NCBI RefSeq assembly: GCF_000737315.1
Contig: NZ_JMCB01000009.1
Coordinates: 124,001 to 188,000, forward strand
DNA length: 64,000 nt
Reading direction: 5' to 3'
DNA from: Hyalangium minutum
GTDB taxonomy: Bacteria > Myxococcota > Myxococcia > Myxococcales > Myxococcaceae
Below are positions 37,233-47,235 of this stretch, piece by piece (the first letter of the stretch is position 1; each line of letters begins with the position of its first letter). The position numbers and the translations under genes were made by a program. The notes beneath the pieces were generated by a model. That model worked only from the letters and a program-made list of their open reading frames with translations, was not told the DNA's origin and ran no database searches.

Positions 37233-39488
37233 ATGGGGGCTGCTGGAGATCCCCGGCGTGAAGGGGAGTTGCGTTTGCCGCCGTCGAGTTCTCCCATCCG
37301 TTTCCTCACCTATCCCTTGTTGGGCGTGGTGAAAGAGCACGTTCGAGCCGAGTTCTTCGGCCGAGCGCTCTCGCAGCGGCTCGGCCGTCCGGTGATCGTC
37401 GAGCAGGCCCGAACGTACGAGGCCGTGGAGCAGGCGCTGCTCGAGGGCCAGGCGGACATGGCCCTGGCCACGGCCGAGCAGTGCGATCTCTTCGAGCCCC
37501 GCTCCCGGGCCGTGCTGCGCGCGGTGCGAGCGGGACGCTGGTACTACCACTCTGCCTTCATCTGCCGGGCCGACGAGCCCCTCACCCTGGAGAAGCTGCG
37601 AGGCCGGCGCGCGGCGTGGGTGGATCCGCTCTCCACTGCGGGCTACCTGCTGCCCAAGCGCCACCTGGAGTCGCTGGGCATGAATCCCTCGGAGCTGTTC
37701 GCCGAGCAGCGCTTCTATGGCACCTACCGGCAGGCCCTGCTGGCGGTGCTGTCGGGCCAGGCGGACGTCACCACGTTCTTCACCACGCACATGGAGGAGT
37801 ACATGGTCCGCGCGCTGCTGGCCGAGCGCGTAGGCCCCGACGAGCGCCGGCTGCGGCCCTTCGCCTTCAGCGGCCCTACCCTCGCCGACGGCATCATCAT
37901 CACCGAACGGCTGACAGAGGCCGAGGCCCACCGGGTGGTGGCCGCCATCACCACCATGAGCCACGACGAGGGGGGCCTGGAGCCGGTGCTCGCCCCCTTC
38001 GACATTCAGGGCTTTGCGCTCGTCCAGGGCAACACCGTCAAGGCCCCCACCCCTCGGGCCGTGCCGAACTCGGAGTACATGACGCTGGATCTGGATGCGA
38101 AGGAGCGTTGCCGGCGCGTCTGGTCCTCCACGGGCAAGGCGTTCGGCCGGGATCTGCGCGAGGGCGAGGGCCTGTCCCTGCACGAGCTGCTGCCTACCGA
38201 GGCCGCCATTCCGCTCGAGTCGCTGGTGCGCTCCACCCGCCTGAACCACACCAGCGGCCGGATGCACTTCCGCATGGAGACGGGGAGCGAGACGCGCCTG
38301 TACACCGCCGAGGCCACGCTGCGCTCACCCCACGCTGGCGAGGAGGTGCCCGATCTGGGGCTGCTGGTGCGCGACATCACCGACCTGGACACACTGGAGC
38401 AGGAGCTCTACCGGCTGGCCTCGTTCCCCCTGCTCCACCCGGACCCCATGCTCGAGATGGGGCGCGACGGCCGGGTGCGCTACGCCAACCCACCCGCGCA
38501 CACCTGCTTCCCGGACCTCCTGGAGCTGGGCGCCAATCACCCCCTGGTGGCCGCCGCCTTGGCGCACGCCCGCCGCAGCCGTCCGGGGGAGACACCCACG
38601 CTGGTGCAGCTGCAGGGCCGGTACTGGGAGGTGGTGGCCATGCAGCTGCAGGACCACGAGAGCCTCCGCGTCTTCGCCAAGGATGTGACGGCGCGCAAGC
38701 AGCTGGAGACCAGCCTGATGCACGCCGATCGCCAGGCCTCCCTGGTCCACCTGGCGGCGGGCGTGGGCCACCAGATGAACAACCCGCTGGCCTTCCTGAT
38801 GGCCAACCTCTCATTTGCCCGCGAGGAGATCGGCCGGCTGCGAGAGTCGCTCCGGACCGGGCGCGAGGAGGTAGACCCGGACGAGATCAGCGAGGTGCTC
38901 GACGCGCTGTCCGAGTCCGTGGAGGGTGCCGAGCGGCTCAAGGGCATCGTCCAGGATCTGCGCCTGCTCACGCGCGAGCCGCCCCGGCACCGCACGCGGG
39001 TGGATCTGCACTCCGTGCTGGAGGACACCTTGAAGCTGGTGCGCGGCCAGCTGCGCCACCGGGCCCGGCTGGAGAAGGACTTCCAGCCCGTGCCCTCGGT
39101 GGAGGGAGACGAGGCCCGGCTGGGGCAGGTGTTCCTCAACCTGATGCTCAACGCCGTGCAGGCCATGTCCGAGCAGGACTTGGCGCGCAACGTGCTGCGC
39201 GTGGCCACCCGCGCAAGCGTGACGGGCGAGGTCATCATCGAGGTGCAGGACACCGGCGCGGGCATGCCTCCCGAGGTGCTGGAGCGCCTCTTCGAGCCCT
39301 TCTTCACCACCCGCCCCAACAGCACGGGCATGGGCTTGTCGGTGAGCCACGCCATCGTCACCAGCCTGGGGGGGGCCCTGCGCGCCGAGAGCAAACAAGG
39401 AGCGGGCACTGTCTTCACCGTCACCCTCCCCGCCGCGGGCACTCCGGCCGCTGGCCCGCCCTATCCCGAGCACGAGCTGGCGAGCTGA
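37233..39488 (+). CDS. Soluble histidine kinase with an N-terminal PhnD-like substrate-binding fold and PAS-like domains
   Basis: WVDPLSTAGYLLP (phosphonate-binding family), HQMNNPL H-box, QVFLNLMLNA, DTGAGM, FEPFFTT, GMGL; no obvious TM segment. Start uncertain. Confidence 0.85.
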   Translation: MGAAGDPRREGELRLPPSSSPIRFLTYPLLGVVKEHVRAEFFGRALSQRLGRPVIVEQARTYEAVEQALLEGQADMALATAEQCDLFEPRSRAVLRAVRAGRWYYHSAFICRADEPLTLEKLRGRRAAWVDPLSTAGYLLPKRHLESLGMNPSELFAEQRFYGTYRQALLAVLSGQADVTTFFTTHMEEYMVRALLAERVGPDERRLRPFAFSGPTLADGIIITERLTEAEAHRVVAAITTMSHDEGGLEPVLAPFDIQGFALVQGNTVKAPTPRAVPNSEYMTLDLDAKERCRRVWSSTGKAFGRDLREGEGLSLHELLPTEAAIPLESLVRSTRLNHTSGRMHFRMETGSETRLYTAEATLRSPHAGEEVPDLGLLVRDITDLDTLEQELYRLASFPLLHPDPMLEMGRDGRVRYANPPAHTCFPDLLELGANHPLVAAALAHARRSRPGETPTLVQLQGRYWEVVAMQLQDHESLRVFAKDVTARKQLETSLMHADRQASLVHLAAGVGHQMNNPLAFLMANLSFAREEIGRLRESLRTGREEVDPDEISEVLDALSESVEGAERLKGIVQDLRLLTREPPRHRTRVDLHSVLEDTLKLVRGQLRHRARLEKDFQPVPSVEGDEARLGQVFLNLMLNAVQAMSEQDLARNVLRVATRASVTGEVIIEVQDTGAGMPPEVLERLFEPFFTTRPNSTGMGLSVSHAIVTSLGGALRAESKQGAGTVFTVTLPAAGTPAAGPPYPEHELAS

Positions 39489-39558
39489 CGGAGCGCCCCC
39501 TCGCAGCTTGTGCGATAGTGAGGCCATGGAGAACCAAGGGGCGGAGGCATAGGCCTGG

Positions 39559-41400
39559 ATGCTGCGCCGGCTCCTGCCCACACTGCTGGCACTTGGATGC
39601 GGCTTCCTGGCGCTGACCTGGGGACTGGTGAGCCTGCAGCGCCTCTTCGCTCAGGAGACCGAGGACGCCCGCCAGCAGCTGCGCTCCCGCCGCGAGGAGG
39701 TCGAGCGCATCGCCACCGAGGCGCTCCGGCTCAAGCTCCGGCAGCAGCTGGAGTGGAGCCTGCCCGCCATCAACCTCGCCGTGGAGGATCCGCTCGTCCA
39801 AGCCGATGGGCTCTACCTGCTCTTCCGCGAGTACCAGTTCCTCCCCCGCCTCCCCCGCCCCCGGCCCGGCACGCAAACCCCGGCCAAGAAGCTCCATGAG
39901 GAACTGCGCCAGGCGCTCGAGGCCCCCCCGGCCCCGGGCCCCTGGCAGGAGCGGCTCGGGCTGCTGCGCGCGGTGGAGGCCGTGCTCCCGAAGGACGTGC
40001 TGGACACGCCGGAGGCAGCCGAGCGGCGCCTGGAGGCGCTGCTTCGCTACCGCGCCGAGCACCCGCTGCCCCCTGCCCAGGAGATCCCCTACACGCTGCT
40101 GGTGGTGGAGCGGCTCGCGCGCGGCGATGCCAGCCCCTGGCCCGTCCGGGGGCTCATCCACGGCGGGCTGGCCGAGGAGTTCGGCGGCATGGCCCAGGGC
40201 CTGGGCCTCCAGCGCGAGTTGCTGCGCGACTGCCAGCGCTTCACCCAGGCCGACTTCGACTACCTCACCGAGCGCATCCTCGCGGTGAGCGCCGAGCTCT
40301 CCGAGCCCTCGGAAGCCTTCCGGTCGCGCGTCCAGGAGCTGGGCACCGGCGCCATCGTGCTGCCTTCTCAGATGCCCGAGCCCACCCTCATCGGCGCGCG
40401 CTGGTACCTGGAGCAGCAGGGCGAGGTGGTGCGCGGCATCGCCGTGGAGCCCGCGGAGCTACTGAAGGGCATCACCCTCGAGATGCGCAAGCGCAAGCTC
40501 CTGGGTGCCGAGGACTCCGTGCGCATGGGCCGCGTGGACGCGCTGCAGCCGGTGTCCTCGCTGAAGCTCGACGCAGTCATCCCCCGCGGAGCCGCTGAGG
40601 AGGCACAGATCTCCAAGCGCTACGGGTTGAAGACGCTGCTGGTGCTCATCTGCGGCGCGCTCGCGGTGGCCATCGTGGCGCTGGCAGGGCTGGCCCAGCA
40701 CCGCAAGTACCGCTTCCTGGAGCTCAAGAGCGACTTCGTGGCCACCGTCTCGCACGAGCTGCGCACGCCCCTGGCCTCCATCCGGCTGCTGGCGGAGACC
40801 CTGGAGATGCGCGCGGGAGGCTCGCCCGAGGTCCGCGACTACCCCACCCGCATCATCCAGGCCGCGGACGGGCTGCACTTCCTGGTGGAGAACATCCTGT
40901 CCTTCAACCGCATCGACAAGGGGCGCTGGGTGGCGCAGTTCACCCGCGTGCGGCTAGAGGAGCTGATGGGCGCCCTGCGGACGGATCTCGCCAGCGCCAC
41001 CCGCGTGCCGGTGGAGCTCACCGAGGACGTGGGGGATGTGGAGCTGTGGGCCGATCCCGGCCTGCTGCGCCTGCTGCTGTCCAACCTGGGCCGCAACGCG
41101 TGCAACTACAACCAGAGCAACCCGGTGAAGCTCTCCGTGCGCGTCCACGCCACGCCGGGCCACGGGTGCACGGTGCTCTTCGGTGACAACGGCATCGGCA
41201 TCCCCGAGAGCGAGTGGGAGAACGTCTTCCAGGACTTCTACCGGGTGACACAACCGGGCCCCGAGGTGCACGGCAGTGGGCTCGGGCTCGCGCTCTGCCG
41301 CAGGATCATGCATCTCCACGGTGGCAATCTGCGTGTCGCCACCTCTGGCCCTCAGGGCACCACGTTCGCGCTGACCTTCCCCGAGCCGCCTCCACCATGA
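39559..41400 (+). CDS. Membrane sensor histidine kinase
   Basis: Two TM segments, SHELRTPL, NLGRNA..Y, DNGIGI, GSGLGL. Confidence 0.92.
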   Translation: MLRRLLPTLLALGCGFLALTWGLVSLQRLFAQETEDARQQLRSRREEVERIATEALRLKLRQQLEWSLPAINLAVEDPLVQADGLYLLFREYQFLPRLPRPRPGTQTPAKKLHEELRQALEAPPAPGPWQERLGLLRAVEAVLPKDVLDTPEAAERRLEALLRYRAEHPLPPAQEIPYTLLVVERLARGDASPWPVRGLIHGGLAEEFGGMAQGLGLQRELLRDCQRFTQADFDYLTERILAVSAELSEPSEAFRSRVQELGTGAIVLPSQMPEPTLIGARWYLEQQGEVVRGIAVEPAELLKGITLEMRKRKLLGAEDSVRMGRVDALQPVSSLKLDAVIPRGAAEEAQISKRYGLKTLLVLICGALAVAIVALAGLAQHRKYRFLELKSDFVATVSHELRTPLASIRLLAETLEMRAGGSPEVRDYPTRIIQAADGLHFLVENILSFNRIDKGRWVAQFTRVRLEELMGALRTDLASATRVPVELTEDVGDVELWADPGLLRLLLSNLGRNACNYNQSNPVKLSVRVHATPGHGCTVLFGDNGIGIPESEWENVFQDFYRVTQPGPEVHGSGLGLALCRRIMHLHGGNLRVATSGPQGTTFALTFPEPPPP

Positions 41401-42122
41401 CGACCCAGTCCCCTCCTGCTCCTCACCGCCCCTCCATCCTCATCGTCGAGGACGACCCGAACCTCCGCGTGGGCCTACGGGACAACCTGCAGGACGAAGG
41501 CTTCGACGTGGCCGCCGCCTCGAACGCCCGCGAGGCCGAGTCCCTCCTGCGTGGCTGCGACTTTGACCTGCTCATCCTCGACGTGATGCTGCCGGGGGAG
41601 GACGGCTATTCCCTGTGCAAGCGGCTGCGCGCCGCAGGACTCCAGAGCATGGTGATGATGCTCACCGCGCGCACGCTGGAGGACGACATCGTCCGCGGCT
41701 TCGAGGCCGGGGCGCAGGACTACCTGACCAAGCCCTACCGGCTGCGGGAGCTGCTGGCGCGGGTGCGGGCGCTGGTGCGCAGGGCCGGCACGCCTCCAGC
41801 CCAGATCATGGGCTTCGCGGGCTTCACCCTGGACCTGGGCAAGCGCGCGCTCAGCCGAGCCGACGGCGGCACCATTGAGCTGACTCGCACGGAGTTCGAC
41901 CTGCTCGTCTACCTGGTCCGCCACAAGGACCGGGCGCTGACGCGGCAGGAGATCCTCGACACCGTGTGGGGCCAGGACGTGGTGGTGGACCCGCGCACGG
42001 TGGACAACTTCGTCTCCAACCTGAAGAAGAAGCTCGGCTGGACGAGCACCTCGGGCTTCACCATCCACACCATCCGCGGGGTGGGCTACCGGATGGAGAT
42101 CGACGCCATGACGAAATCATGA
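41397..42122 (+). CDS. OmpR family response regulator
   Basis: ILIVEDD, LILDVMLPG, LTAR, DYLTKPY, winged-helix LTRTEFDLL...TIRGVGY; ATGA overlap with the kinase. Confidence 0.93.
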   Translation: MTTQSPPAPHRPSILIVEDDPNLRVGLRDNLQDEGFDVAAASNAREAESLLRGCDFDLLILDVMLPGEDGYSLCKRLRAAGLQSMVMMLTARTLEDDIVRGFEAGAQDYLTKPYRLRELLARVRALVRRAGTPPAQIMGFAGFTLDLGKRALSRADGGTIELTRTEFDLLVYLVRHKDRALTRQEILDTVWGQDVVVDPRTVDNFVSNLKKKLGWTSTSGFTIHTIRGVGYRMEIDAMTKS

Positions 42123-42276
42123 CGGAAAGATGGAACGGCCACGGCCAACGGAACGCTCCGCTTCCCTACCTTAACGGGTGCGTGGACAGGGGCGCTCCGG
42201 ACCTCAGACCACGTGGGTGAGGGACCGCATGGTGCGGCCTGCCCCTGTCGGGAGCGCCCGTCTGAGGGAGGCAGCC

Positions 42277-43026
42277 ATGTTCCAGTCGGTCATCGATCAG
42301 CAAAGGTGGAACTCTCGTCGTCTCGGCACCGGAGCGGGGGTGTCCCTGCTGGTGCATGCAGGCATCCTCGGCGCCGTGTTGGTGCTGTCAGCCGGGGTGG
42401 CAGAGCAGGTGGAGAAGGAGCCCGTCGTGGTCGTCTTCAAGCGGCCCCCGCCTCGCGGCACACCCATCCCCCCGGCCCACAAGGCCGTGGAGCCGTCCAA
42501 GCCCAAGACTCCCAAGCCGGCCAAGCGTCCCGAGATGAGGGCGCCCATCGCCGTCCCCACCCAGCCGCCTCCGGAGACCGCGCCGGTGCCGGACCCGCAG
42601 GTCGAGCCTGAGAAGGACCTGCCGTATGATCCCGACGGCCGCCCGGATGGAATCGCGGGCGTGGCTCCCTGCATGACGTGCGTGATCGACCCGGATGCCA
42701 CCCACACGGACGTGGCAGAGCCCACGGGTGAGGAGGTGATGCCCTTCGTCAGCGGCAACATGACGCCGCCGAGCCTGCTGTCCGGTGCCTCGCTCCAGTA
42801 CACGCGCGAGGCGCTCGAGGCCCGCGTCGAGGGCCTGCTCATCGCCCGGTGCACCATCACCCGCGAGGGCAGGGTCGAGAACTGCAAGGTCATCAAGGGC
42901 CTGCCCCACATGAGCGACACCGTGGTCTCCGCGCTGGAGACGCGCCGCTACACCCCGGTGCAGTACCAGGGCCGGCCCATCAGCGTGACCTACAACTTCC
43001 ACGTGAAGCTGGACCTGCCCCGCTGA
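42277..43026 (+). CDS. Energy transducer TonB
   Basis: N-terminal TM helix, Pro/Lys-rich linker, TonB_C domain (YTREALEARVEG..IARCTITREGRVENC.V). Confidence 0.85.
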   Translation: MFQSVIDQQRWNSRRLGTGAGVSLLVHAGILGAVLVLSAGVAEQVEKEPVVVVFKRPPPRGTPIPPAHKAVEPSKPKTPKPAKRPEMRAPIAVPTQPPPETAPVPDPQVEPEKDLPYDPDGRPDGIAGVAPCMTCVIDPDATHTDVAEPTGEEVMPFVSGNMTPPSLLSGASLQYTREALEARVEGLLIARCTITREGRVENCKVIKGLPHMSDTVVSALETRRYTPVQYQGRPISVTYNFHVKLDLPR

Positions 43027-44187
43027 TCAGCGGCCAACCGCCGCGCTGGAGCTGGAGACCGAGCCCAGCGCTTCGAGCAGCCGGTCCACCTCCGCTGCGG
43101 TGTTATAGAGGTGCGGGGAGACGCGAAGGTTGTCTCCCCGGACGCTGACGTAGATCTGACGGGCCGCAAGCCGCGCCGTCACATCGGGCGGATAGCCGCC
43201 TCGGCGGCGCAGGCCCAGGAGGTGCCCGGCCCGGTGGGCCTCGGGAGCAACCTCGAGCCCCAGGGCCTCGGCGCCTCGGGCGGCCCGGCGAGTCAGCTCC
43301 CGCAGCGTCTCCTGGGTGGACTCAGGCCCCCACGCCAGGAGCTGCCGGAGCGCTGCCGCCGCCATGGGGAGCTGAAGGAAGTTGCTGCGCTCGCCCATGT
43401 CGAACCGCCGGGCCCCTGGCTGGAACTCGTCGCGATAGTCGATGAGCCGGGTGAAGTCCTCGCTGCCTCGCCGGGTGATCCAGTTCAGCTCCAGGGGCTG
43501 GCCCTCCCGGTGACGCGGAGCCATATAGAGGTAGCCCTGGCTGTAGGGCCCCATCAGCCACTTGTACCCCGCGGCCACGAGGTAGTCCGGCTGCACCGCC
43601 TCCACGCTCAGCGGCAGCGCGCCGAGGGACTGCGTGGCATCCACCGCGAGCGCCGCCCCCACCTCCCGAGCGCGGGCGCCCACCTTCACGAGATCCACCC
43701 ACGTCCCGTCCATCCAGTGGCAGTGCGGCACGGCGACGAGCGCGCACCGCTCATCCATCTGCCCCAAGAGCGCACGGGTCCAGTCCCCATCCGGCGGCCT
43801 GGGAACGGTGAAGACAGTGGCCCCAGTGCGCCGCGCCAGCTCCCTCCAGCAATAGAGGTTGGACGGGAACTCCTCATCGAGCACCAGCAGCCGCTGCCCC
43901 TCCCGGACGCGAAGGTTGGAGGCGGCCACCGCCATGCCGTAGCTCACCGAGGGCACCAGCGCCACGCCCTCCGCATCTCCGTGAATCAGCTGGGCGAACA
44001 GCCCGCGCACCTCCTCGCTCCCGATGAAGAAGTCATCGGGCCGGATGCGCCAGGGCTGGGACTTGCGCCCCAGCGCCTCCTCCCCTGCCGCCCGGACCGC
44101 GCGGAGCTGGGGAGACATGTACGCGCAGTTCAGCCAGATGACGTCATCTGGGATCTCGAAGAGGGCGCGCTGGGAGGGCAAGAGCAT
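43027..44187 (-). CDS. Class V PLP-dependent aminotransferase
   Basis: WLNCAYMSP, DATQSLG, AAGYKWLMGP, LRVSPHLYN. Confidence 0.9.
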   Translation of the reverse strand: MLLPSQRALFEIPDDVIWLNCAYMSPQLRAVRAAGEEALGRKSQPWRIRPDDFFIGSEEVRGLFAQLIHGDAEGVALVPSVSYGMAVAASNLRVREGQRLLVLDEEFPSNLYCWRELARRTGATVFTVPRPPDGDWTRALLGQMDERCALVAVPHCHWMDGTWVDLVKVGARAREVGAALAVDATQSLGALPLSVEAVQPDYLVAAGYKWLMGPYSQGYLYMAPRHREGQPLELNWITRRGSEDFTRLIDYRDEFQPGARRFDMGERSNFLQLPMAAAALRQLLAWGPESTQETLRELTRRAARGAEALGLEVAPEAHRAGHLLGLRRRGGYPPDVTARLAARQIYVSVRGDNLRVSPHLYNTAAEVDRLLEALGSVSSSSAAVGR

Positions 44188-44199
44188 GCGCCTCCCATA

Positions 44200-47100
44200 T
44201 CAGAAGCCGACGAACTGTCCTCGAATGCGCCGGCTGCCGGTATTGGGCTCCGTGTCGTAGCGGGAGAAGGTGACGAAGGACTGCTGCCCGCCTCCCGAGG
44301 CCAGCGCCAGGTGAGGCTCCGTCTCCCGGGCGTTGTAGACCACGCCGAATCCCCCGGGGGTGACAACGGTGCCCGAGCTGGTCACCTGCGAAGCGAACAC
44401 GTCCCAGTACGAGTCCCACCGGTAGTCTGCCCAGGCAGCCAGGTAGTTCGTCCCGTCCCACACCACCTTGGGGGAGAACTGCTGCACCGTCTCCGTGCAC
44501 AGCGCGAGCCCCGAGGTGTCCTGAACGACGCCCGCGCTCGACACCCGCGCGCCATAGATGTCGTTGTTGCTCCCCGAGCGGTAGTCCGCCCACACCACGA
44601 AGAAGTCCGTGCCGTTCGAGGCCACGTCCGGATCGTATTGCTCGCGGATCGCGGTGGAGATCGGGATGCCGCTGGTGTCCATCACCACGCCCGCGCTCGA
44701 CACCCGCGCGCCAGCGATGTCCCAGGCGGTGGTGCTCTGATACTCGGCCCACACGACGAAGTAGTGGCTCCCATTGGAGACCACTCGCGGCGTGTAATGC
44801 TCCACCGTGCTGGTGGCGATGGCGATGCCGCTGGTGTCCAGGACCACGCCCGCGCTCGATACGCGCGCGCCATAGACATCCCCCCGGCCGCCCACGTCGT
44901 GCCGCCACACCACCAGATAGCCCGTCCCGAGCGCCCCCACGTGGGGGGCGTTCTGGAACGCCGGATCCGTCGAGACGGCGATCCCGCTCGGGTCGAGCAC
45001 AGCACTGGAGCTGGGGCCAGAGCCGAGCACCCGCGCGCCGTAGATGTCCCAGTTGATGTCTCGGTAGTCCATCCACGTCACGAAGTAGTCCGTGCCGTTG
45101 GAGGCCACCGAGGGCGACTGCCGCTCGCGAACCGACGAGGTGATGGCCAGCGGAGGCACATCGATCGTCCCACCCTCGCGAGTGACGCGCGCGCCGTAGA
45201 CCTGGGCGTTGTTCTCCATCCACACGACCAGGTAGTTGCTGCCATTGGAGGCCACTGCGGGCTCGGTTTGGTACAGGGAAGCCACGGGCGGCGTCACCGG
45301 GAAGCCGCTGCCCGCCGTGACCGTGCCCGTCGAGGACACCCAAGCGCTGTAGAGGTTCGTCGCCGACGGCGTCGAGCCGTTGCCCTCCCAGGCCACGAAG
45401 TAGCCCGAGCTGGCCTTGGACACGGACGGATACTTGTACGCCCCCCCACTCGGAGAGAGGACGAGGCTGGGCGAGTCCTGCACCGGGCTGGAGCCCGAGC
45501 TCAGGACGCGGCTGGCCAGGTTCTGGAAGGTCGAGTTGGAGGTGCTCCACGCACTCCACGCGACGAGGTAGTTCGTCCCGTCCGAGGCCAGGGCCGGATA
45601 AGACTCGTTGGCGTTGGGATCCGCTCCAATGGCAAACCCGGAGGCGTCCACCACGGTGCCCGCCGCCGCCACGCGCGTTCCATAGAGATCCCGATGGCTC
45701 CCGCTGCGGTAATCCACCCACACCGCCAGGAAGTCCTGTCCGTTGGAGGCCACCGTGACGCTGGACTGCAGCGTGTCCACGTTCGTCAGCAGGAAGCCTG
45801 TGCCATCCAGCACCACGCCCGCGTTCGACACGCGCGTGGCATACGGGCGGGAGTAGCCCCCTCGCTCGTCACCCCACCCCACGAGGTACACGGTGCCATT
45901 CGAGGCCACCGAGGGAGCGAGCTCGTTGTACGCCGACGCCGTGGCAATGGGGATCTCCACCGTGTCCAGCAGCCCCGTGCTCGAGACCCGCCGGCCAAAG
46001 ACATCCGCGTCAGAGGAGTTCGAGTACCGGTACCAGACCACGAGGTAGTCCGTCCCGTTCGAGGCCACGCGCGGCCAGTACTGGCTGAGCGCAGACGAGC
46101 TGAGGCGTTCGCCGCCCGGGATGGCCACGGCTCCGGAGGCGCTCACCTGGGTGCCCATGACGCGCCAAGTATAAGAGTTCTGCGCCCAAACCACGTAGAA
46201 GTCCGTGCCGTTGGAGGCCACGAACGGGATCGTCGTCAGTCCCGGCCCATTGCTCACCACGATGCCCGACGTGTCGATCACCGTCCCCGAAGTCGACACG
46301 CGTGTCCCATAGATGCTGGACAGGTTCCCACGCACGTTCCGCCAGACGACCAGGTAGTGCGTCCCGTTGAAGGCCACCGCGGCGTTGGTCCGCACCGTCG
46401 TGTCCGCGGTCACCAGCCGCCCGTCGATGAACATCTCCTGGGTGACCACGGGATCGAGCACCGCCGGATACGCGGACGAGGCGAGCACGGACTCGGGGAC
46501 TCGCAGCTGGATCTGGCCCTCCACGAACGAGGCGCGGACGGGCGTGCGCTGCCCTTTGCCATCCACCCACGTGCCGTGCCCGTAGCGGAACCCGAGCCCC
46601 GTCCGGGCGTCCGCGAAGTGCAGCCCCTGCTCCGAGGTCTGCGTGTACACCAGCCCCGTCACCGGGATGTGGACCCGCAGCTCGCCCCGTCCACTGGGAG
46701 GAGCGTCGAAGCTCCAGGACTGCTCCACGCCCTGCTCGCTGTTGCGCAGGTGCTCGATGAACTCGCCGTGGTGGAAGGTCAGGTGCCCATCCGACACCAC
46801 CTCGCCCCGGGGCTCGTCCACGCTCAGCGCCGTGTCGCCGCGAGCCACCCGCACCGTGCCCAGCATGAGCGGAGTGCCCTGCGATACCTCGGTGGGAGAC
46901 TCGGACAGCTGCGAGGGCTCCTCGGGCCGCTCTCGATCCTCCTGCTCCAGGCCCGTCACGAAGAGCGGGGTCAGGGTGATGCCCTGGGACGTCGCCTTCA
47001 CCTCATAGGTGGAGTGCCCTCCGCGCCAGCCGTCCTGCTCAGGCCGATAGGCGAAGTGCACCTGCCGGATGACCGCATCCACATCGAACGGAGCCTTCAC

Positions 47101-47235
47101 GGTCCCGGACTCGGAGCCCACAGGCGAGGCCCACTCGGAAGGGCGCGCCTCGGGACTTTGACACGCCACGCCACATACCCCCACCATCACCAGCACTAAT
47201 ACAACAATATTGCGCTGCTGCTGTACAATGAGCAC
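44200..47235 (-). CDS. Large secreted or lipoprotein with 14 ~53-aa repeats (predicted double beta-propeller)
   Basis: Lipobox-like GVAC, then 14 copies of P.VASNGT.Y.V.W....DIYGARV...G. Confidence 0.75.
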   Translation of the reverse strand: MLIVQQQRNIVVLVLVMVGVCGVACQSPEARPSEWASPVGSESGTVKAPFDVDAVIRQVHFAYRPEQDGWRGGHSTYEVKATSQGITLTPLFVTGLEQEDRERPEEPSQLSESPTEVSQGTPLMLGTVRVARGDTALSVDEPRGEVVSDGHLTFHHGEFIEHLRNSEQGVEQSWSFDAPPSGRGELRVHIPVTGLVYTQTSEQGLHFADARTGLGFRYGHGTWVDGKGQRTPVRASFVEGQIQLRVPESVLASSAYPAVLDPVVTQEMFIDGRLVTADTTVRTNAAVAFNGTHYLVVWRNVRGNLSSIYGTRVSTSGTVIDTSGIVVSNGPGLTTIPFVASNGTDFYVVWAQNSYTWRVMGTQVSASGAVAIPGGERLSSSALSQYWPRVASNGTDYLVVWYRYSNSSDADVFGRRVSSTGLLDTVEIPIATASAYNELAPSVASNGTVYLVGWGDERGGYSRPYATRVSNAGVVLDGTGFLLTNVDTLQSSVTVASNGQDFLAVWVDYRSGSHRDLYGTRVAAAGTVVDASGFAIGADPNANESYPALASDGTNYLVAWSAWSTSNSTFQNLASRVLSSGSSPVQDSPSLVLSPSGGAYKYPSVSKASSGYFVAWEGNGSTPSATNLYSAWVSSTGTVTAGSGFPVTPPVASLYQTEPAVASNGSNYLVVWMENNAQVYGARVTREGGTIDVPPLAITSSVRERQSPSVASNGTDYFVTWMDYRDINWDIYGARVLGSGPSSSAVLDPSGIAVSTDPAFQNAPHVGALGTGYLVVWRHDVGGRGDVYGARVSSAGVVLDTSGIAIATSTVEHYTPRVVSNGSHYFVVWAEYQSTTAWDIAGARVSSAGVVMDTSGIPISTAIREQYDPDVASNGTDFFVVWADYRSGSNNDIYGARVSSAGVVQDTSGLALCTETVQQFSPKVVWDGTNYLAAWADYRWDSYWDVFASQVTSSGTVVTPGGFGVVYNARETEPHLALASGGGQQSFVTFSRYDTEPNTGSRRIRGQFVGF

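Noticed and set aside
43111-47199. 1362-aa plus-strand ORF
   Set aside because: Shadow of the aminotransferase and repeat-protein genes, which carry clear motifs on the minus strand.
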